A model generated the notes under the pieces. It had not been told where the DNA came from. It was given only the letters and a program-made list of their open reading frames with translations, and did no database searches. The translations under genes were made by a program, and so were the position numbers. Shown piece by piece: positions 28,103 through 45,504 of a stretch of 64,000 nucleotides of DNA; positions within the stretch are counted from its first letter, which is position 1, and each line of letters starts with the position of its first letter. The stretch lies in NCBI RefSeq assembly GCF_009914755.1, contig NC_060939.1, one strand, 5' to 3'. Source of the DNA: the human T2T-CHM13v2.0 reference genome, Homo sapiens.

Positions 28103-30342
28103 AAATCATATCATCATCTCAGTAGATTTAGAAAAGCATTTAACAATATTCAACATCCTTTCAGAACTAAAAACTCTCAATAAATCAGGTATAGAAAGAA
28201 TGTGCCTCAACACTATAAAAGCCACATATGACAAACCTGGAGGTAATATACTCAATGGTGAAAAGTAAAAAGCTTTGACTCTAAGATCAGAACCAAAACA
28301 AGGATGTCCATTCTCACCACTTATATTTAACATAGTAGTTGAAATTCTAGCTAGAGCAATTAGGCAAGAAAAAAGGCACCCAAGTTGGAAAGAATGAAGT
28401 TAAATTGTCTCTGTAGATGACATGATCTTATATATAGAAAACACTAAAGACTCCACCAAAATGCTGTTTTAATTAGAGCTTAAAAAAATAATTCACTAAA
28501 GTTGCAGGATACAAAATCAGTATACAAAAATCAGTTGCATTTCTAAACACCAAAAACAAGTTATCCAAAAAATTAAGAAAACAATCCTATTTGTGATATC
28601 ATCAAAAAATAAAATACTAAAGAATACCAAAGAAACTGAAAATAAATGGAAATAAATGGAAAGATAGCCCATGTTCATGGATTAGATGAATTAATACTGT
28701 TAAAATGTTCATACTACCCAAAGCAACCTACAGATTAAGTGCAATTCCTACTAAAATTCCAATGACATTTTTCACAGAAATAGAAAACACACTCCTAAAG
28801 TTTGCATGGAACCGCAAAAGACTCAAATAGATGAAGCAATTTTGAGCAAGAACAGTAAAGCTGGAGACATCACACTACCTAACTTCAAAATTTTATTAAT
28901 CAAAACAGCATGACATAAAAACAGACAGAAAAGACCAATGGAACAGAATAGAGAGCCCAGAAATAAACTCACATTTATAGAGTCAACTAATATTCAACGA
29001 AGGTGCCAAGAGTACACAATGGGGAAAGTATAGTCTCTACAATAAACAGCACTGGGAAGACAATATCCAAATGCAAAAGAATGAAATTACACCCTTATCT
29101 TATACCATACACACAAATCAAATCAAAATTGATAAAGACTTAAATATAAGACCTGAAACCATACAATCTTTAGGCAAAAACTCATTGACATTGGTCTTGG
29201 CAATGATTTTTTTGATATGACACCAGAAGCACAGGCAACAAAAGCAAACCTAAACAAGTGGGACCCTAACAAACTAAAAAGTTTCTGCACAGCAAAGGAA
29301 ACAATCAATCATCAGAATTAAAAGGCAATTTATGAAATGGGAGAAAATGTTTGCAAACCACATATCTGATAAAGGGTTAATATCCAAAAATATATAAGGA
29401 ATGCATAAAATTCAATAGAAATAAACAAACAAATAATCCAATTTTAAAATGGGTGAAGAACCTGAATAGACATTTTTTCAAAGAAGACTTACAAATAGGC
29501 AACAGGCATATGAAAAAATGCTTGACATCACTAATAATCAGGGAAATGCAAATCAAAGCTCCAGTGAAATACCACCTCCAACTATTAGGATGGCTATTAT
29601 CAAAAACTCAAAAGAAAACAAGCTGGGGGAATGTAGAGAAAAGGGAAAAGAAGATCCTTATACACTGTTGGTGTGAATTTAAACTGGAATAGCCCTTATG
29701 GAAAACAGCATGGAGGTTCCTCAAAAAATTAAAAATAGAACTACTATATGATCCAGCAATTTCACTATTGAGTATATATCCAAATGAATTAAAATCACTG
29801 TCTTGAAGAGGTATTTGCACACTCATATTTATTTCAGCATTATTCACAATAGCCAAGACATGGAATCAACCTAAGTGTTCATCAGTAGATGATTAGATAA
29901 AGAGAACGTGGTATATAGACACAGTGGAATCTATTTAGTGTTCAAAAAGAAGGAAATCCAACTTTTAAAATCCTTTAAAAAGTTAAACTCATAAAAACAG
30001 AGAGGAGAATGGCGGTTTCCAGGAACTGGAGGGTGGGAGAATGGGGAGATGTTGGTCAAAAGGTACAAACTTTCAGTTATAAAATGAATAAGTTCTAGAG
30101 ATCTAGTGTACAACAGCATTACTATAGTTAATAATAATATTTTTTATACTTGAAATTTGCTAAGAGTAAATATCAATATTCTCAATACACACAAAACAGA
30201 ACTATCTGAAGGCACTGATATGTTAATTATCTTCATTATAGTAATCATTTCACAATGTATAATGAATATCAAAACAATAGTGTACATCTTAAATATATAC
30301 AGTTTTGATTTGTTAATCATACATCAGTGAAGCTAGAAAAAA

Positions 30343-32220
30343 TGTTGTAATTTTTAAAACAATAGTAATATAAATTAGGGGTGAAGGAATTGACCTATGT
30401 TGGAGAAAAGTTTTTGTAAACTATTTAAATTAATTGGTATCCATTCAAGCTAGATTATTTTTAATTGTTAATTTAATTGTAATACTAAGGCAACCACTAA
30501 AAAAGCCTTTAAAAAAATATAGCACTTGAGGCTGGGCATGGTGGCCCTCAATTATATATATAATATATATAAAATATATATTATATATATAGTAGATGAA
30601 CAACAATGGGATTTAAATGGTACACTAGAAAATATCTGTTTAACAAAAAGAAAGCAATAGTGGAGAAATATAAGAACAAAACCATGTAAGATTTATAGAA
30701 AATGAATAGCAAATTGGTTGACCTAAACCCTATCTTATAATTATATTAAAGATAAATGAAATAAATACTACATCAAAAGGCAGAGATTATCAGAATAGAG
30801 AAGAAAAATCCAAACCATAATTCAACCTTATGTTATCTGTATTTAGAATATTTAGAGTCAAGACACAAATAGATAGAGTTCCATTTGGGCGTGAAAATAT
30901 TTACCATGCAAAATGTAATTAAAATAGAGCTAGAGCAGCAATACTAATATCTGACAAAATATACTTTAACAAAAATTGTTGCTAAAGACAAAAAAGAACA
31001 TTTTATAATAAGACACAACAATTATAAACATATACACCAAACAATAGAGCCCAAAATATACAAAGCAAAAACTGCTAGAATTGAAGAAAGATAGAAAAAT
31101 CAATGATTACAGTTGGAGGTGTCAATACCAAACTTTCAGTAATACACAGAACAACAAGTCAAAAGCAAAAAGGAAATAAAAAACTACACATTATCATACA
31201 ACACCTTAATACGATATCCAACAATAGCAGAATACACATTATTCTGAAGTGCACGTGGAATATTCTTCAGGATGACACATATTAGGCTGTAAAACATATC
31301 TTAATAATTTAAAAGAATTGAAATAATACAGCACATATTCTCTGACTGCAAAATATTAAACCAATTACAGAAGAAAATGTGGGAAATTCACAATGATATG
31401 GAGATTTAAAAATACTTCAAAGTAACCAATGAATCAAAGAACAAATCACAAGAGAAATTAGAAAATATTTTAGATGAATAAAACTGAAGAAACAACATAC
31501 CAAAATTTTGTGGTTGTAGCTAAAGCAGTGCTTCAAGGGAAATGTATAACAGTATATCCCTAAATTTTAAAAAAATCTCAATCCAATAACCTAATTTTTC
31601 ACCTTAAGAAATGAGAGTGAAAGAGCAGACTTAACCCAAAGTAAACAGAAGGAAGAAATAATAAAGATTAGCATGGAGATAAGTAGTGAAAATAAAAACA
31701 ATAGAGAAAATTAATAAACTTGAAAGTTGGTTCTTCTGATATATCAGTAAAATTGACGTATTATTAGTTTGACCGAGAAAGAACAAAAGAGAGAAGATTC
31801 AAGTTACTAGACATAAATGAAAGTATAGATATCACCTTACAGAAATTAAAAGAATTCTAACAGAATATTGTGAAAAAGTGAATGTCAAAAAATTAAATTA
31901 TATGAGATACACAAATCCCTCTAAAGGCACAAACTACCACAGCTGGTGTAAAAACATGAATACACCATTTACAGTTAAAAAGACTGAATAGATAAAAATT
32001 TTAAGAAGAAATTGAGTAAGTAATTTAATTTTCAAACTATAATCCCAAGACCAGATGTTTTCATTGGTGAATTCTACCAAACTTTAAAAGGATTAATATC
32101 TATTTTTCATACACTCTTTCCAGAAAATAGAAAAGGAGGGAACACTCTATAACTCACTGTATGAGGTCCGTATTACCCTTATATCAAGACCAAACATCAT
32201 AAGAAAAGAAGACTAAAGAC
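30343..32220 (+). mobile_element. Old L1M inter-ORF/ORF2 (continuation of 19750-22110)
   Basis: ORF2 EN-like peptide MITVGGVNTKLSVIHRTT; includes a 20-bp Alu scrap and (TA)n at 30529-30590. Confidence 0.75.
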
Positions 32221-32810
32221 TTATGGTTTCTGCTCTGATATGTTTGGAAGTCATCACTACTATTGTCACAAGGAAAAATCTGAACAAACTAAAGTCAACG
32301 ATTTCTTAAACTAACCATAGAATTGAGGTAACGGGCGAAAACTGGAGATGTAGGCAAATACAAAAAAAATCACAGTTTATCAGGAGCAGAAACTGCTGAA
32401 ACCAGCAACTCGTATGAACATGTTAAGTGGTAATTGACAAATTTCTGGAGATTGAATGTGGACTGGATTGAGAGTTAGGAACTCCTAAGTGCCCAGTTTT
32501 TGATGACCCCACACACTTTTGTAAACTAGACTTCCAAGAGCCCCAGCAAGTTTCTTACAGTGAAGACTGCAGAAAAATCCCCTGATGCTTCAGATAGGAG
32601 GAAGGGAAAAGCAACTATTTTGAAATAAGCCCAGGGGACAAGTAGTTATTTCTAAACACTCTCAGAGCATCTTCTTTCACACGGCAGGGGGCTCCCTGCA
32701 AGGGAAGCTACTTTGCCTGAGCCTTGTCTGATGTAGGAGAAAAGGAATTGGATGGCTCAAGCTCCATCTAGCCTTTCTGATTTATATAAGGGAAGCAAAA
32801 AATAGGTTAA

Positions 32811-34580
<1,770 letters not shown>

Positions 34581-35679
34581 AGAACACTTCTCCTCCCAAC
34601 ACCATATCACCACATCAACCAGGACTCCAGTGTAATAGCAGTGAATTCTAACTGAAAGAGGTGAAAGACACTGATTGTATTTAAGAAAGATCTTCTAAGG
34701 AAATCCAAAAATAGTAGGGGAGATCAAAACAAAGATACTAGAGGAAATTGAATATGTGACACCTATAGCTACAAAAAAATTAAACATAACATAGCCCTAA
34801 CCATATAAACATAAAACCTCACACAAAGACCTATTATCTGAGATTCTGTTGCCTGATACATTGCGTTTTATTTCAATAAAAAAATTAGAGGGTATGTTAA
34901 AAAGCAGGAAAAGTTAGTCTAAAGAGACAAATTGAGCCTCAGAAGTAGGCTCAGATATGGCAGAGATTTGGCAATTATACCTAGAGTTTAATATAAATGA
35001 TTAATATAATAAGTGTTCTAACAGAAAAAGGCAACATGCAAGAACGGATGGGTAATGTGATCAGCAAGAAGGAAACTCTAAGAAAGAAGTCAAAAGGAAA
35101 TGCTAGGAATAAAAACCTACAAGAAATAAAGAATGCCTGTGATGGGTTCCTCAGTAGACTGGACAAGGTCAAAGAATCAGTGGATTTGAAAATATGTCAA
35201 CAAAAACTGCCCCACTGAAATACAAAAGAAAAATAGAATTTTAAAAACGTAACAATCTCCAAAACAGTGGGACAATTACAAAAGATGTAATGTGCCTAAT
35301 GCAAATGACAGTAGGAGTATAAAGGGAGAAAGGAATAGAAAATCTGAAGTAATAATGGCAGAGAGTTTTCCAAAATTAATGCTAAACCACAGATACAGCA
35401 AGCCCAGAGAACAACAAGGAGGAAATTTAGTAAAGCGTCTGCAACCAAGTATGTCATATTCAGACTGACAAAATCAAAGGTGAAGAGAAAATATTGAAAG
35501 AAGACAAAGAGGAAAATAAATATCAAGAAAATACATACGAAATACATCATACATACATAAGAAATACATCAGACCATACAAGCAAGAAGAGAATGGAGTG
35601 AAATGTTTAAAATGTTGAAAAAAAAACTATCAATTTGCAATTCTGTATCCAGTGAGATTATCTTTCAAAAGTGAAGAGG

Positions 35680-35990
35680 GAAATGGCAGAGAAGTCATCT
35701 CCAAGACCTATGGTTTCCCTTCACAGAAACACTGAAAAATATGAACAAAAGTGGTCAGAATTAACTTTCTAAGAATTCTATAAAATGGTAAAATGTTTAC
35801 ACCAGTAAAGCAAATGCTGAATTGAGAAGGCAACTTAAAAAGGTGAAGAAAACTTCGTATTATTTTTATGTGTCCTTGCCCCACGTCCTTCCCTACCTTA
35901 GTCTTGAAGATGGCAGCCCACATTTCTACTGTGGGGCTCTGGTTTCTGTTTCCTGGTTCAAGAGGGAGAATAACAGACCTTACTTTTAGT
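35680..35990 (+). mobile_element. L1M 5'-end fragment
   Basis: Similar to the reverse complement of the L1 5' end at about 45970-46280. Confidence 0.6.
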
Positions 35991-38900
35991 CATTATTATT
36001 TCCTTCTTTCTGATTTCCTTGGGTTTATTTTGCTCTTCTTTCTACTTTATTGAAATGAGAACTAAGATTATGATTTGAGACATTTTTCTAATGTAAGCAT
36101 TTAGTGCTATAAATTTCCATCTCAACACTGCTTTAGTCACATCCCACAAATTTTTATATGTTGTAATTTCACTTTCATTTAGTTCTATTTTTAAATTTTT
36201 TCTTTTTATACTTCCTCTGACTCACAGATTACTTAGAATTGTGTTGTTCAGTTTTCAAGGATATTGTAGATTTTCCTGTTTCTCTGTTGTCTAATAGTTC
36301 TGTTCCATTTTGTACAGATAGCTCACGCTGTATGATTTCAATTTTTTAAAAAATTGTGCTTTGTTTTATGGCCCAGATATGGTCTGTGCTGTGAATATTC
36401 CATGTTATTATAAAGTATGCCTGTTATATTATTATATATATATAATATATATAATTATAAAGCATGCCCGTTTTGTATTGTTAGCAGAGTATTCTAGAAA
36501 TGTCAATGAGATCTTGTTGGTTGATGGTGCTTTTCAGTTCTATATCTTTGCTAATTTTTTTTTTTTTTTTGCTTAGTAGCTATATGAGATTCTGAGAGAG
36601 GAAATTGAAGTCTCCAACCATAATTGTGGATTTGTCTATTTCTCCTATCAGTTCTATCAGTTTGTGCATCACATATTTGAGGCTCTGTTGTTTGGTGCAT
36701 ACACAAGTGGAATCATTGTGCCCTCTTGGTGGCTTATTTTATGATTATATAGTGCCTATCTTTGTGGTATTTTTATTTGCTCTTAAATCTACTTTGTGTT
36801 ATATTCATATACCCATTCTTTTTTTAAAAAAATTGTTTGCGTGATACATCTTTTCCATTCTTTTAATCTCAGCCTATCTGTGCCATTGAATTTGAAGTGA
36901 GTTTTCATATAGAGAACATATTATTGAATCATCATTTTAAAAATTCCTTTTGCCAATCTTTTTGATACTGAGGTAAAATCGACATAAAATTTATCATTTT
37001 AAAGTGTACAATACAGTGGCATTTGGTAATACACATGTTATGCAACGTTAACTCTACCTGGCTCCTAAATGTTTTCATCATCCCCAAAAGGAAACTTCAT
37101 ACTCATTAAGCAGTTAATTCCCATTCCTTCTCTCGGCCACTGGCATCCGCAAACCTACTTTTCTGTCTCTATGAATTTACCTATTATGGATATTTTGTAT
37201 AAATTGAATTATACAATAAGTGACCTTTATGTTTGGCTTCGTTCGCTTAGCATACTATTTTTCGATATTCAACCATGTTGTAGTATGTATCAGTTTTATT
37301 TGAATAACTCAATTCTTTTTGTTGTATAGCTAAAAGTTGATTCCTAGGTCATAATGATAATTCTATGTTTAGTTTATTGAATAGCTGCCAAAGTTTTTCC
37401 ACAGTGGCTCTGTCATTTTAAAATCCCACTAGCAATGGATGAGAGTTCCAATATCTCCACATCCTTACCAATACTTGTTATTTTATATTTTTATAATTAT
37501 AATTTTCCTAGTGAATACGCAATGGTATCTCATTGTGTTTTTGGTTTGCCTTTCCCTAATGACTAATGATGTTGAGCATCTTACAATGTACTTGTTAACT
37601 ATTTGTGTTCTTTAGAGAAATGTCTATTCAAGTGCCTTGTCCATTTTAAAAATCGAGTTGTCTTGTTGACTTATGAGTTCTTTAATACAGTAAACGCTTA
37701 TCAGATATGATTTATAAGTATTTTATCCCATTCTGAAGGTCACCTTTTCACTTTTGTGGTAGACCATTATGCACAAAGGTTTTAATTTTGATAAATCCAA
37801 TTTATCCGCTTTTGTTGTTGTTTTTGTTGTTCGTGCTTTTGCAAAACCTAGTGTCATGAGGTTTTCTCATTATCTTTGGAGAATTTTATAGTTTGGGTCT
37901 ATACATGTAGATTATTGATCTAATTTCCATTAATTTGTGTGTATGCTACGAGGTAGGGGTCCAAATTCAATTTTTGCATTGAATTGAAAATTCATATTTT
38001 CAGTTTCAAATTTCAACTGCATATTCAGTTGTTGCAGCACAATTTGTTGAAGAGATCATTCTTTACCACAGGGAATGATCTGGGACCCTTGTCAAAAATC
38101 AATTGATCATAGATGTATGGGATTATTTCAGACTTTAGATCTTGTTCCATGAATATGCCTATTTTTATGCCAGCACTGCAGTATTTTCATTACTGTAGCT
38201 TTATCATAAATTTTGAAATCAGGAAGTATGTATCCTCCAAGTGTGATTTTCATTTGCTAGAGTGTTTTGACTATTTGGGGTCTTTGCAATTCCATATGAA
38301 TTTCAGAATTGGCTTTTCATTTAAAAAAATGGTAGTTGAGATTTTCATAGGAATTATATTGAATCTACAGATCACTTTGGGTAGTATTGCCATCTTAACA
38401 ATATTGTATTCCAATCCATAAACACGGATGTATTGCCATTCATATCTTTTTTTCTTTTCTTTCGGCAACATTTAGTATATGACACTTGTAACTCCTTGGT
38501 TAAATTTATACCTAAGCATTTTATCCTTTCTGATGCTGTTTAAATGGAATTATTTTATTAATTTCTCTTTTAGATGGCTTGTTGCAGGTGTATAGAAATA
38601 GAACTGATTATTGTGCTTTTATTGAATTATCTGAAACTTTGCTGCATTTATTAACTCTAGTAGGTTTTTTTTTTCTTTAAAGTTGTCTATATATCTTGCT
38701 CTGTGAATAGATAATTTTACTTCTTGATCTCCAATATGGATGCCTTTCTTTCTTTTTCTTACCTAATTGCTGTAGCTAGAATTTTCCGTAAGTTGTTCAC
38801 AACTATCCTTGTCTTCTTTCTGATCCTAGGGGTATAGCTTTCAGTCTTTCACCATTAAGCACAATGTTAGCTGTGGGGTTTTCTTAGATGCCATTTAATA

Positions 38901-39804
38901 TATTAAGGAAGTGCTCTGCTATTTCTAATTGGTTGAGTATTTTTATTATAAAATGGTGTTAGATTTTATGACTTTATGTACTGCATAATTGAGATTATCA
39001 TGTGGTCTTTTCATTCGATTAATGTGGTATATTTTATGATTTTCATATGTTGATCCACCTTTATATTCTTGGGGCAAATCCCACTGTGTACACGGGTTTT
39101 TTAGGGTCTCCTAATTTTCTTCATTCTTTTTCTTTTCTCTCCCTGAGACTGAATAACGTTAACTGACCTATCTTCAAGTTTACTATTTTTTCTTCTGCTG
39201 TTCAAATCTGCTTGAACCTATAGAGTGAATTTTTCATTTTACTTATTGAACTTTTCAGCTCCAAAATTTCTCTTTGGCTACTTTGTATAATATCTATCTC
39301 TCTATAGATATTCTCTATTTGGAAAGACATTTTTCTCCTGGTTTTCTTTACTTATTTGTATTTTTTAAAGTCTTTAAGCATATTTGAGACAGTTGATTTA
39401 AGTATTTGTGTACTAAGTCCATTGCCTAAGCTTTTGCATAGAGATTTTATATTAATTTCTTTTTTTTCTGTGAACAGGTCTTTTTTTTTTTTTTTTAGAA
39501 AACTGGACATTTTGAGTAGTATAAACGTGGCTATTTTAGAAATAATTTTCCTCCCTCCTTAGGTTTTGTTTCCACTTGTTGCATGTTGCTGTTGTTTGCT
39601 CATTAGTGACTTTTCTAAAGTATTTTGAAAAGTCTGTGTTCTTGATCATGTGGGTCCACTGAATTCTGTATTCTGTTAATTTCATAGTCAGCTAGTGTTC
39701 TGAAAGTTCCCTTAAGTGCATAGAGCCAATAAAAGAAAAAGAAAAGAAACACAGAAAAAGAAAAGAGGAAAAAAGGAGGGAAAGAGATTTAAAAAAATAA
39801 TGTC

Positions 39805-40100
<296 letters not shown>

Positions 40101-40640
40101 TGCCTTTGCCGATTTGCTCTGTGTTTGGGCCCTCATTCAATGCCTAGTCAGGCCATTTACAACTCTCTCTTAACTTTCACTACCTGCTTGTGTACTGACT
40201 GAAGGCCACCTATAGGTGAAAGCTTAACATCATCTCAGATCTTTTTGGACCATGAATCCTACCCTGGGTATGCACATGATCTTCTTAATTTCCCAGTAGA
40301 TGCAAGAGTTTTAGTGTTTTAAAAGTCCTTATTCCCTCATCTATCTTCTTTTCTGACCTTTTTCAGTCTGCTTATTGTTCATCTGAACTGACATCCTTTG
40401 CCCCAAGCGGCTGTGGCAAAAACTTTTACCTTTAAATGCTTTCACCACAAGCCACTTGGGAAGCTGCCCCAGACCTGGGACTGCTCTGACCCTGATGAAA
40501 CAAAGACAAGACCTTGTACAGCCAGGCAGCCATAAGACAAGTCCATACCCAAACCACAGTTCTTTCAGAATAAGGTCTATATTGGATTCTCTGGCCCTAG
40601 TAACCAGCATGAGTCTGGGCTTGCCATCTTCATGGCCACT

Positions 40641-40930
40641 TGTCTTAGTTTGCTAGGGCTGCCATAACAAAATATGAGAGACTGAGTGGCTTAAACAAGA
40701 GAAATTTATTTTCTCACAATTCTGAAGACCAGAAGTCCATTACCCTGAAATCTCTCTCCTTGGCTTGCAGATACTGCCTTCTTGCCGTGTCCTCACACAG
40801 CCTTTTCTCTGTGTACACATCCCTGGTGTTTTTTAAGCCTGTCCAAATTTTCTGTTCTTCTGAGGACACCAATCAGATTGGATTAGCGACCACCCATATG
40901 ATCATTTTACCTTAAGTACCTCTTCAAAGG
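40641..40930 (-). mobile_element. MaLR LTR fragment (MLT1B/C-like)
   Basis: TGTCTTAGTTTGCTAGGGCTGCCATAACAAAATA...GGCTTAAACAA. Confidence 0.8.
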
Positions 40931-41036
40931 TATCAGAGTAGTATATTTGCTACAGTTGATGAACCTGCATACAACATCATCACTTGAGGTCTGCAGTTTA
41001 CATTAGAGTTCATCGTTAGTGTTATATATTCTAGGG

Positions 41037-41331
41037 TTTGTTTTGTTTTGAGACAGAACAGAGTCTTGCTGTGTTACCCAGGCTGGAGCGCAGTGGTACA
41101 ATCTCATTGCTACCTCTGCTTCCCAGATTCAAGCAATTCTCATACCTCAGCCTCCTAAGTAGCTGGAACTACAGGCGCACACCACCATGCCCAGCTAATT
41201 TTCGTATTTTTAGTGGAGATGGGGTTTCACCATGTTGGCCAGGCAGGTCTTGAACTCCTTGCCTCAAGTGATCTGCCCGCCTCAGCCTCCCCCAGTGTTG
41301 GGATAACAGGCATGAGTCACCATGCCTGGCC
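41037..41331 (-). mobile_element. Alu (S-like)
   Basis: Antisense Alu; TSD approximately TATTCTA(T)GGGTTT. Confidence 0.9.
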
Positions 41332-44300
41332 TTATTCTATGGGTTTTGAAATGTATAATGACATGTATCCATCGTTGTAGTATTAGATAGAATAGCTTCA
41401 TTACCCTAAAAGTCTTCTTTGCACTGGGTTGAGTTTTAAAAGCTCTTTGATTATTTTATGACAGTTCCTTATTAGATATATCTTTTGCAAGTATTTTTAT
41501 CAGTCTGTGGTTATCTTGTCTTTTACAGAGCAGTAATTTTTAATTTTAATAAAATCCAATTTGTCAATTACTTATCTCATATGACTCTGGTGTTACATCT
41601 AAAATGTTACCACCATACTCAAGGTCACCTAGGTTTTCTCTAGGAATTTTATGGTTTTGCATTTTACATTTGGTGTATGACCCATTTGAAGTTAATTTTT
41701 GTGAGGTTGTAAGGTCTGTGCCTAGATTCATTTTTTTTTTTTTTGGCATGTTACTTCAGTATTCATAAGAAACATTGTTCTGTAATCTTCTTTCTTATAG
41801 TATCTTAGTCTTGCTTTAGTTTTTGGGCAATGCTGGCCTCACTGAATAAATTCAAAGTGTTCCCTCCTCTTCAATTATTTGGAAAAGTTTGAGAAAGACT
41901 ATTGTTAACTGTTTTCTAAATTTTTGGTGGAATTTACCAGTGAACCAACTGGTCCTAGGCTTTTCTCCAGTAGGTGGTTTTGATTATGCTTTCAATCTCT
42001 TTACAAGTTACACATCTATACAGACTTTTATAATTCAGTCTTGGTAGGTTGTGCGTATTTAGGAATCTGACCACTTCATCTAAGTTATCCAATTAGTTGG
42101 CATGCAATTATTCGTAGTTCTCTGAATAATCATTTTTATTTCCACAAAATTGGTAATATCCCAGTTTCCATTTTTTATTTCATTGAATCTTCTTTTTTCT
42201 TAGCTAATCTAGCTAAATGTTTGCCAATTTTGTTGATCTTTTGGAAGAACCAACTTTTGATTTATTAATTTTCTCTACTCTTTTTCTGTTCTTTATATTA
42301 TTTATTTCCACACTAATCTTTACTATTTTCTTCCCTCTGTTGGCCTTTAATTTTTTTTTTTTAATTTTTAAGGTGTAAATTTAGGTTGAGAAATTTTTTA
42401 AATGAAAGCATTTAGAGCTATAAATTTTCCTTCTGGTGTTCCTTTCACTACCTGCCATAAATTTTGATATGTTGAGTTTTTGTTTGTCTTGGAGTATTTT
42501 CTAATTTGTCTTCTAATTTCTTCCTTGACCTATTGGTTATTTAAATGTATTTAATTTTTGCATATTGTGGATTTCCCAGTTTTCCTTCTGTTATTGATTT
42601 CTAGTTTTATTCCATTGTGATCACAGAAGATATTTTGTATAATCACAGTCTATTAACATTTATTAAGTCTTGTGGCCTAACAGAGGATCTATGTTGGAGA
42701 ATGTTCCAAGTGCAACTGAGAATACTATTCTGGTGCTATTAGGTGAAGTATTCTCTATATGTCTGTTAAGTCCAATTCATCTATAGTGTTGACGTTTCCT
42801 GTTCCTTACTGATTTTCTGACTTATTATTCTATCCATTATTAAAAGTGGAGTGGTAAAGTCTCTATTATTGTAGAACTCTCTGTTTTTCAAGTCTATCAA
42901 TATCTGTTTCATATATTTTGGAGCTCTGTTTGCTGCATATGTGTTTAAAATTGTTATATCTTCTTGGCAAATTGACCAGTTTCATCAACATAAAATATAA
43001 TTCTTATTGTCTTCTAACAGTTTATTTTTCTTTTTACATAAAGCCTATTTTATCTGATCTTAGATTCCCTCACACTCCACCCCAGCACGCTTTTGGTTAC
43101 ATTTACATAATATATCTTTTCCATCCTTTCATTTTCAACCTGTTTGTGTCTTTAGATCTAAAGTGAATGTCTTACAGACAGCATAAGCTATGTCATTAAA
43201 AAAATCCATTCTGCTTATCTCTGCCTTTTGACTGGGGAGTTTAATCCATTTGCATTTAAAGTAATCACTGATCATTAAATACTTTCAGTATTTTGTTGTT
43301 TTATGTATGTCTTATAACTCTTTTGCTCTTCATTTCCTTCAATATTGCCTTTGTGTTTAGCTTATCTTTTTGTGTCACACTTTGATCCCCTTCTCATTTC
43401 TTTTTTATATTTTCTTTGTGGTTACCAGGAGGACAATGTATCAACTTTTAAAGTTATTACAATTTTATTTTTTTAAATCTCTCCCATTCGGGGATTTTAG
43501 GAAGGTTAAATAATAATGTAAATGAGATACCTAGAACAATATAAGCATTCAGGAATTATTAACTCAATTCCAATCCTTCCTCCACCTCCACCTCTTTCTC
43601 TGTGAGATTATAGAAAAGATGACAAAAAGGATGTTTTCTGAGCCCTTTAATTGTTGAGAATGATCTTTGAGAAAAAGAAAAAAAATGAAAGCACTAGGAA
43701 TGTACAACAGCCTGGAAGTATAATTAAGTGTAAATTAAATAGATAAAAGTTATAAGCAGAGGAAAGTATAGTAGAACTCAGTATTTAAAAGAGAATCAAT
43801 GTGAAAATTATATAAATTTATGTAAAATAAAACTACCAGACAAATCTGATATCCTTAGGATTTTTCTTTCTTTCATGTGATTTCTAATTGCTACATATGA
43901 CACTAAACCATTGATCTGAGCTGTAAGAGAAACTGGAAATTGTTCTGTTATCTTTTGTAAGATTTCTAGAACATTTTGCCCTCAGACTTAAATGCCAACG
44001 TATTTCTCACTTATTGTTTACTGCTTTTGGATTTACATATGATTTGATTCTTTCTTATCTCTTATCCTTACAATGTAATTCAAACTGATGCCAATTTAAG
44101 TTCAATTGCGTACAAAAACTCTACTCCTATGCAGCTCCGCCCCATCTAATTTACATTATTGATGTCGCAAATTCCATCTTTGTACATAGTTTACATATTA
44201 ACATGGATTTATACATTTTTATGTATTTGTTTTTTAAATCCTGTAGAAAATAAAAAGTCAACACACCAAAATTAAAATAATACTGGTTTTTATATTTGTC

Positions 44301-45504
44301 CATGTGCTTACCTTTATCAGTGTTCTTTACATCTTTATACGGGTTTGAGTTACTGTCTTGTGTCCTTTAGTTCCAACCTAAAGAACTCCCTTTAGCATTT
44401 TTATAGGGCAGGTCTAGTGGTAATGAACTCTCTGAGTTTTTATTTAGGGATGTCTTAATTTCTAGCTCCTGTTTGAAGTAAATTTTTCTGGATATACAAT
44501 TCTCTGTTGATTGATTTTTGTTCATTTTCCCTTCAGCTCTTTTAAATACATTATCCCACTTTCTTCTGCCTTCCAAGGTTTCTATTAACAAAATTCAGCT
44601 TATAATCTTATTAAAGATCTCATGTACATGAGTGGCTTCTCTCTTGCTGTTTTCAAGATTCTGTGACTTTGGTTTCTGATAGTTTAAATATAATGTGTCT
44701 TATTGTGGGTCTCTTTGGATTTATCCTAGAGTTTCTTGGTCTTCTTACGTTGGTATATCCATGTATTTCAAGACATTTGAGTAGTTTTCAGCCATTATTT
44801 CTTCAAACAATCTCTCCTCTTTGGGGACTTCCATTTTACCTATATTGGTTCTTTTGATGGTGTGGCACCAGTCCCCTAGACTTTGTTCACTTTTTTCCAG
44901 TCTTTTATTTCTGCTTCTCAGACTCAACAGCTTCAAGTGTTCTGTATTCAAGTCTGCTGACTCTTTCTTCTTCCAGCTCAAATCTGCTGTTGGATCCCCC
45001 CTTGTAAAATTTTTAATTCCATTTTAGTGTTTTTCAAGTTAAGTATTTTTATTAGGTTCCTTTTTATAATTTCTTTTTGTTGATATTCTCATTTTATTAC
45101 ACATAATTTGTCTGATTTCCATTAGTTTTTTTCTTTGTTTTCCTTTAGCTCTTTGAAAATATTTAAGACATTTTAAAAGCCTTTATCCAAGTTCAATTTC
45201 TATGGTTCTGTAGAGATATTTTCTGCCAGTTTATGTTCTTCTTTTCCATGGGCCATGTTTTCCTGTTTCTTTGTATACTTTCTAATTTTTGGTTGAAAAC
45301 TGAGCATTTGAAAATAGAGCCAACTTTCCCAGTTTCTGCAGAGAGTCTTTATGCCACAGTATTCGTTCACTGATTAACTGGGTATATCTAAGCTTAGGGA
45401 GCAGCTGAGTCAAAAGTTTAAGGTCTTCTCAGGTCTTTTCTGAGTATACATGTTTCCTATGCCTGTGTGAAATGTTCTCAATTTCCCTATATAAACAGCT
45501 ACTT

